NCBI RefSeq assembly: GCF_009914755.1
Contig: NC_060939.1
Source of the DNA: the human T2T-CHM13v2.0 reference genome, Homo sapiens
DNA length: 64,000 nucleotides
Strand: one strand, 5' to 3'
Position 1 is the first letter of the stretch; each line of letters starts with the position of its first letter. Of the stretch, positions 57,000-64,000 are shown piece after piece. A program made the translations under genes and the position numbers. The notes under the pieces were generated by a model. The model was not told where the DNA came from and made no database searches. It saw only the letters and a program-made list of their open reading frames with translations.

Positions 57000-59900
57000 T
57001 CGAATAAGTTCCATTCAAGACCATTTCTTTTGAGTCCATTCTATTTGAGTCCATTCCCTTTGATTCCATAACATTTGAGTCCATTCAATTCCATTCCTTT
57101 CGTTTCCATTCCATTTGATGCCATTCCATTCAATTCTGTTCTACTCGACTCCAATACATTCAATTCCATTCCATCCGATTCCATTACATTCTTTTCATTT
57201 CTTATCCATTTCAAGCCATTCCACTCCATTCCATTCCACTCGTTTCCTTTCCATTCGAGTCCATTCCTCTCCAGTCCATTCCGTTCAATCCATTCCATTC
57301 CAGTCCATTCCATTCGAGTCCGTTCCATTCCAGTCCATTCCATTCGAGTCAATTCCATTCCATTCGATGTCTTTCCATAACGATCCATTCCATTCTATTC
57401 CTTTCGATTCCATTCCATTCTATTTCATTTCATTCGATTCCCTTCCATTGGACTCCTTTCCATTCGAGTGCATTCCATTCCGTTCCATTTCTTTCCGTTC
57501 TGTACGATTCCTACCGTTCGATTTCATTTTGTTCCAGTCCATTCTTTCGCGTCCATTCCATTCCATTTCACTCCATTCGATTCCATTCCACTCGATTCCA
57601 CTTCGTTCCATTTCATTGCATTCCATTCTATTCAACTCTATTGCCTTCCATTCCATTCCATTCGATTACATTCCATGCGATTCCATTCGAAATCGAATCA
57701 ATTACATTGCAATCCATTACTATTGAGTCCGTTTTATTCCAGTCCACTGCATTCTGGTCCATTCCATTTGATTCCATTCCATTCTATTCCATTCCATACA
57801 GTTGCATTCCATTGGATTCCATGCTATATCTATAAATTCAATTCGAGACCATTGCTTTTGAGTCCATTCTATATGATTCCATTCCATTCAAGTCCATTAC
57901 ATTTGGTTAAATTCCATTCCATTCGGTTCAATTCCATTCCATTCCATTCCCTTCCATTCCATTCCAGTTGATATCAATCCATTCGATTCCATTCCATTCG
58001 AGCACATTCCATTCGAGTCCATTCCATTCGATGCCATTCCATTTGATTCTATTCCATTAGTCTCCATTCAATTCCATTAATCTCCATTCCATTCCATTCT
58101 ACTCCAACTGATTCCATTCCATTCTATTCCTTTTTATTCCATTTCATTCCATTCCATTCCATTCCATTCGTGTCCATTCCACTCCAGTCCATTCCATTCG
58201 TATCCATTCCATTCCAGTCCATTCCATTTGTGTCCACTGCATTCCATTCCACTCCATTCCATATTATTCCATTACACTCCATTCCATTCTATTACTTTCA
58301 TTTCCATTCAATTCCATTCCATTTGATTCCATTCCACTCGGTTTCATTCCATTTGAGTCCACTCCATTCCATTCCATTCCATTCAGTTCCATTCCATTCT
58401 GTTCCATTCCATTCCGTTCCATTACATTCCATTCCATTCGGTACCATTCCATATTGTTCCATTCGATTCCATTCGAATCCATTCCATTCCAGTCCATTCC
58501 ATTCGATTCCATTCCATTCATTTCAATTCCATTCCATTCCATTCCATTACATTCCACTTGATTCCTCTCCATTCCCTTCCACTGCATTCCGTTCGATTCC
58601 ATTCCATTGCATTGCATTCCATTCCATTGGATTGCATTCCATTCGATTCCATTCCATTCGAATCAATTACATAGCAATCCATTACATTCGAGTCTATTCT
58701 CTTCCGTTCCATTCGATTTCGTTCCAATCCATTCGATTCCATTCCATTCGATTCCATTCCATACTATTGCATTCCATTCGATTACATTATATTCGAATAA
58801 GTTCCATTCAAGACCATTTCTTTTGAGTCCATTCTATTTGAGTCCATTCCCTTTGATTCCATAACATTTGAGTCCATTCAATTCCATTCCTTTCGTTTCC
58901 ATTCCATTTGATGCCATTCCATTCAATTCTGTTCTACTCGACTCCAATACATTCAATTCCATTCCATCCGATTCCATTACATTCTTTTCATTTCTTATCC
59001 ATTTCAAGCCATTCCACTCCATTCCATTCCACTCGTTTCCTTTCCATTCGAGTCCATTCCTCTCCAGTCCATTCCGTTCAATCCATTCCATTCCAGTCCA
59101 TTCCATTCGAGTCCGTTCCATTCCAGTCCATTCCATTCGAGTCAATTCCATTCCATTCGATGTCTTTCCATAACGATCCATTCCATTCTATTCCTTTCGA
59201 TTCCATTCCATTCTATTTCATTCCATTCGATTCCCTTCCATTGGACTCCTTTCCATTCGAGTGCATTCCATTCCGTTCCATTTCTTTCCGTTGTGTACGA
59301 TTCCTACCGTTCGATTTCATTTTGTTCCAGTCCATTCCTTTCGCGTCCATTCCATTCCATTTCACTCCATTCGATTCCATTCCACTCGATTCCACTTCGT
59401 TCCATTTCATTGCATTCCATTCTATTCAACTCTATTGCCTTCCATTCCATTCCATTCGATTACATTCCATGCGATTCCATTCGAAATCGAATCAATTACA
59501 TTGCAAACCATTACTATTGAGTCCGTTTTATTCCAGTCCACTGCATTCTGGTCCATTCCATTTGATTCCATTCCATTCTATTCCATTCCATACAGTTGCA
59601 TTCCATTGGATTCCATGCTATAACTATAAATTCAATTCGAGTCCATTGCTTTTGAGTCCATTCTATATGATTCCATTCCATTCAAGTCCATTACATTTGT
59701 TTCAATTCCATTCCATTCCATTCCCTTTCATTCCATTCCATTTGATATCAATCCATTCGATTCCATTCCATTCGAGCACATTCCATTCGAGTCCATTCCA
59801 TTCGATGCCATTCCATTTGATTCTATTCCATTAGTCTCCATTCAATTCCATTAATCTCCATTCCGTTCCATTCTACTCCAACTGATTCCATTACATTCTA

Positions 59901-62900
59901 TTCCTTTCCATTCCATTTCATTCCATTCCATTCCATTCCATTCCATTCCATTCCATTCGTGTCCATTCCACTCCAGTCCATTCCATTCGTGTCCATTCCA
60001 TTCCAGTCCATTCCATTTGTGTCCACTGCATTCCATTCCACTCCATTCCATATTATTCCATTACACTCCATTCCATTCTATTACTTTCATTTCCATTCAA
60101 TTCCATTCCATTTGATTCCATTCCACTCGGTTTCATTCCATTTGAGTCCACTCCATTCCATTCCATTCCATTCCATTCAGTTCCATTCCATTCCGTTCCA
60201 TTACATTCCATTCCATTCGGTACCATTCCATATTGTTCCATTCGATTCCATTCGAATCCATTCCATTCCAGTCCATTCCATTCGATTCCATTCCATTCAT
60301 TTCAATTCCATTCCATTCCATTCCATTCCATTCCACTTGATTCCTCTCCATTCCCTTCCACTGCATTCCGTTCGATTCCATTCCATTGCATTGCATTCCA
60401 TTCCATTGGATTGCATTCCATTCGATTCCATTCCATTCGAATCAATTACATAGCAATCCATTACATTCGAGTCTATTCTATTCCGTTCCATTCGATTTCG
60501 TTCCAATCCATTCGAGTCCATTCCATTCGATTCCATTCCATACTATTGCATTCCATTCGATTACATTATATTCGAATAAGTTCCATTCAAGACCATTTCT
60601 TTTGAGTCCATTCTATTTGAGTCCATTCCCTTTGATTCCATAACATTTGAGTCCATTCAATTCCATTCCTTTCGTTTCCATTCCATTTGATGCCATTCCA
60701 TTCAATTCTGTTCTACTCGACTCCAATACATTCAATTCCATTCCATCCGATTCCATTACATTCTTTTCATTTCTTATCCATTTCAAGCCATTCCACTCCA
60801 TTCCATTCCACTCGTTTCCTTTCCATTCGAGTCCATTCCTCTCCAGTCCATTCCGTTCAATCCATTCCATTCCAGTCCATTCCATTCGAGTCCGTTCCAT
60901 TCCAGTCCATTCCATTCGAGTCAATTCCATTCCATTCGATGTCTTTCCATAACGATCCATTCCATTCTATTCCTTTCGATTCCATTCCATTCTATTTCAT
61001 TTCATTCGATTCCCTTCCATTGGACTCCTTTCCATTCGAGTGCATTCCATTCCGTTCCATTTCTTTCCGTTCTGTACGATTCCTACCGTTCGATTTCATT
61101 TTGTTCCAGTCCATTCTTTCGCGTCCATTCCATTCCATTTCACTCCATTCGATTCCATTCCACTCGATTCCACTTCGTTCCATTTCATTGCATTCCATTC
61201 TATTCAACTCTATTGCCTTCCATTCCATTCCATTCGATTACATTCCATGCGATTCCATTCGAAATCGAATCAATTACATTGCAATCCATTACTATTGAGT
61301 CCGTTTTATTCCAGTCCACTGCATTCTGGTCCATTCCATTTGATTCCATTCCATTCTATTCCATTCCATACAGTTGCATTCCATTGGATTCCATGCTATA
61401 TCTATAAATTCAATTCGAGACCATTGCTTTTGAGTCCATTCTATATGATTCCATTCCATTCAAGTCCATTACATTTGGTTAAATTCCATTCCATTCGGTT
61501 CAATTCCATTCCATTCCATTCCCTTCCATTCCATTCCAGTTGATATCAATCCATTCGATTCCATTCCATTCGAGCACATTCCATTCGAGTCCATTCCATT
61601 CGATGCCATTCCATTTGATTCTATTCCATTAGTCTCCATTCAATTCCATTAATCTCCATTCCATTCCATTCTACTCCAACTGATTCCATTCCATTCTATT
61701 CCTTTTTATTCCATTTCATTCCATTCCATTCCATTCCATTCGTGTCCATTCCACTCCAGTCCATTCCATTCGTATCCATTCCATTCCAGTCCATTCCATT
61801 TGTGTCCACTGCATTCCATTCCACTCCATTCCATATTATTCCATTACACTCCATTCCATTCTATTACTTTCATTTCCATTCAATTCCATTCCATTTGATT
61901 CCATTCCACTCGGTTTCATTCCATTTGAGTCCACTCCATTCCATTCCATTCCATTCAGTTCCATTCCATTCTGTTCCATTCCATTCCGTTCCATTACATT
62001 CCATTCCATTCGGTACCATTCCATATTGTTCCATTCGATTCCATTCGAATCCATTCCATTCCAGTCCATTCCATTCGATTCCATTCCATTCATTTCAATT
62101 CCATTCCATTCCATTCCATTACATTCCACTTGATTCCTCTCCATTCCCTTCCACTGCATTCCGTTCGATTCCATTCCATTGCATTGCATTCCATTCCATT
62201 GGATTGCATTCCATTCGATTCCATTCCATTCGAATCAATTACATAGCAATCCATTACATTCGAGTCTATTCTCTTCCGTTCCATTCGATTTCGTTCCAAT
62301 CCATTCGATTCCATTCCATTCGATTCCATTCCATACTATTGCATTCCATTCGATTACATTATATTCGAATAAGTTCCATTCAAGACCATTTCTTTTGAGT
62401 CCATTCTATTTGAGTCCATTCCCTTTGATTCCATAACATTTGAGTCCATTCAATTCCATTCCTTTCGTTTCCATTCCATTTGATGCCATTCCATTCAATT
62501 CTGTTCTACTCGACTCCAATACATTCAATTCCATTCCATCCGATTCCATTACATTCTTTTCATTTCTTATCCATTTCAAGCCATTCCACTCCATTCCATT
62601 CCACTCGTTTCCTTTCCATTCGAGTCCATTCCTCTCCAGTCCATTCCGTTCAATCCATTCCATTCCAGTCCATTCCATTCGAGTCCGTTCCATTCCAGTC
62701 CATTCCATTCGAGTCAATTCCATTCCATTCGATGTCTTTCCATAACGATCCATTCCATTCTATTCCTTTCGATTCCATTCCATTCTATTTCATTCCATTC
62801 GATTCCCTTCCATTGGACTCCTTTCCATTCGAGTGCATTCCATTCCGTTCCATTTCTTTCCGTTGTGTACGATTCCTACCGTTCGATTTCATTTTGTTCC

Positions 62901-64000
62901 AGTCCATTCCTTTCGCGTCCATTCCATTCCATTTCACTCCATTCGATTCCATTCCACTCGATTCCACTTCGTTCCATTTCATTGCATTCCATTCTATTCA
63001 ACTCTATTGCCTTCCATTCCATTCCATTCGATTACATTCCATGCGATTCCATTCGAAATCGAATCAATTACATTGCAAACCATTACTATTGAGTCCGTTT
63101 TATTCCAGTCCACTGCATTCTGGTCCATTCCATTTGATTCCATTCCATTCTATTCCATTCCATACAGTTGCATTCCATTGGATTCCATGCTATAACTATA
63201 AATTCAATTCGAGTCCATTGCTTTTGAGTCCATTCTATATGATTCCATTCCATTCAAGTCCATTACATTTGTTTCAATTCCATTCCATTCCATTCCCTTT
63301 CATTCCATTCCATTTGATATCAATCCATTCGATTCCATTCCATTCGAGCACATTCCATTCGAGTCCATTCCATTCGATGCCATTCCATTTGATTCTATTC
63401 CATTAGTCTCCATTCAATTCCATTAATCTCCATTCCGTTCCATTCTACTCCAACTGATTCCATTACATTCTATTCCTTTCCATTCCATTTCATTCCATTC
63501 CATTCCATTCCATTCCATTCCATTCCATTCGTGTCCATTCCACTCCAGTCCATTCCATTCGTGTCCATTCCATTCCAGTCCATTCCATTTGTGTCCACTG
63601 CATTCCATTCCACTCCATTCCATATTATTCCATTACACTCCATTCCATTCTATTACTTTCATTTCCATTCAATTCCATTCCATTTGATTCCATTCCACTC
63701 GGTTTCATTCCATTTGAGTCCACTCCATTCCATTCCATTCCATTCCATTCAGTTCCATTCCATTCCGTTCCATTACATTCCATTCCATTCGGTACCATTC
63801 CATATTGTTCCATTCGATTCCATTCGAATCCATTCCATTCCAGTCCATTCCATTCGATTCCATTCCATTCATTTCAATTCCATTCCATTCCATTCCATTC
63901 CATTCCACTTGATTCCTCTCCATTCCCTTCCACTGCATTCCGTTCGATTCCATTCCATTGCATTGCATTCCATTCCATTGGATTGCATTCCATTCGATTC
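57000..64000 (+). repeat. Tandem duplication of a 3,572 bp dimer (1,793 + 1,779 bp units), running off the window end
   Basis: Private variants recur at +3,572: CGTTGTGTACG (~59293/62865), TATAACTATAAA (~59623/63195), CGAGTCCATTGC (~59642/63214), TTTGTTTCAA (~59700/63272), TGATTCCATTAC (59883/63455). Confidence 0.9.
59883..59893 (-). promoter_or_regulatory. Perfect DUX4-type consensus (TAATGGAATCA on minus strand); second copy at 63455-63465
   Basis: The plus strand reads TGATTCCATTA, whose reverse complement fits TAAYBBAATCA. It arises from a C>A variant relative to the usual TGATTCCATTCC. This is a motif match only; binding is not shown. Confidence 0.3.

Larger units (their letters stand above)
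1..64000 (+). repeat. Human Satellite III (HSat3) array, (CATTC)n-derived, ~1.8 kb higher-order unit; most likely D15Z1/HSat3A5 (chr15 short arm)
   Basis: The sequence is continuous CATTC/CATTCGATTC pentamer variants, with the C-rich strand on + throughout. A unique anchor (TTGAGTCCATTCAATTCCATTCCTTTCG) recurs at 1253, 3056, 4865, 6673 ... 60647, 62440 (35 copies, spacing 1,764-1,828). There is one KpnI site per unit. The HSat3 family call is direct from sequence. The D15Z1/chr15 assignment rests on the known 1.8 kb KpnI periodicity and has not been verified by alignment. Confidence 0.96.

Noticed and set aside
16-63968. Hundreds of ORFs (61-308 aa) with HSIPF / MEWNG repeats on both strands
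   Set aside because: A 5 bp repeat without stop codons yields 5-residue periodic ORFs in all frames. The ORFs overlap in several frames, are freely frameshifted by 1 bp and 5 bp indels between units, and have no recognisable domains.
1-64000. CRISPR-like repeat/spacer array
   Set aside because: There are no unique spacers and no cas genes. The repeats are contiguous degenerate pentamers.
1-64000. HSat2 or DYZ1 identity
   Set aside because: Long CATTC runs in strict 5 bp phase, and the lack of the HSat2-type CATTCGATGATG-like 23/26 bp pattern, indicate HSat3. The basic period is 1.8 kb with a KpnI site, rather than the 3.56 kb DYZ1 unit.
1-64000. Inversions or Alu/L1 insertions
   Set aside because: I saw no GGAAT-rich tract on the plus strand and no non-satellite segment. 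All 34 anchor spacings fall within 1,764-1,828 bp, which leaves no room for an insertion.

Overview
The whole 64 kb window is human (or great-ape) Satellite III (HSat3) heterochromatin. It consists of diverged (CATTC)n pentamers organised into about 35.5 head-to-tail ~1.8 kb units (anchor-to-anchor spacings 1,764-1,828 bp, mean ~1,800 bp). Each unit has one KpnI site (GGTACC), which matches the classical 1.8 kb KpnI satellite III repeat of chromosome 15p (D15Z1 / HSat3A5). I see no genes, RNA genes, transposons, inversions or CRISPR arrays, and every ORF in the track is a translation artefact of the pentamer. The informative signal is in the variants, which record a nested duplication history. 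It includes a 14,384 bp (8-unit) tandem duplication whose second copy is longer by exactly a 3,636 bp dimer plus one 1,784 bp unit, and a separate 3,572 bp dimer duplication at the right end. There are also two interleaved unit subtypes, an ancient internal duplication inside the monomer, gene-conversion-like patches, and a variant that creates a perfect DUX4 consensus. I found no convincing new protein-coding system.
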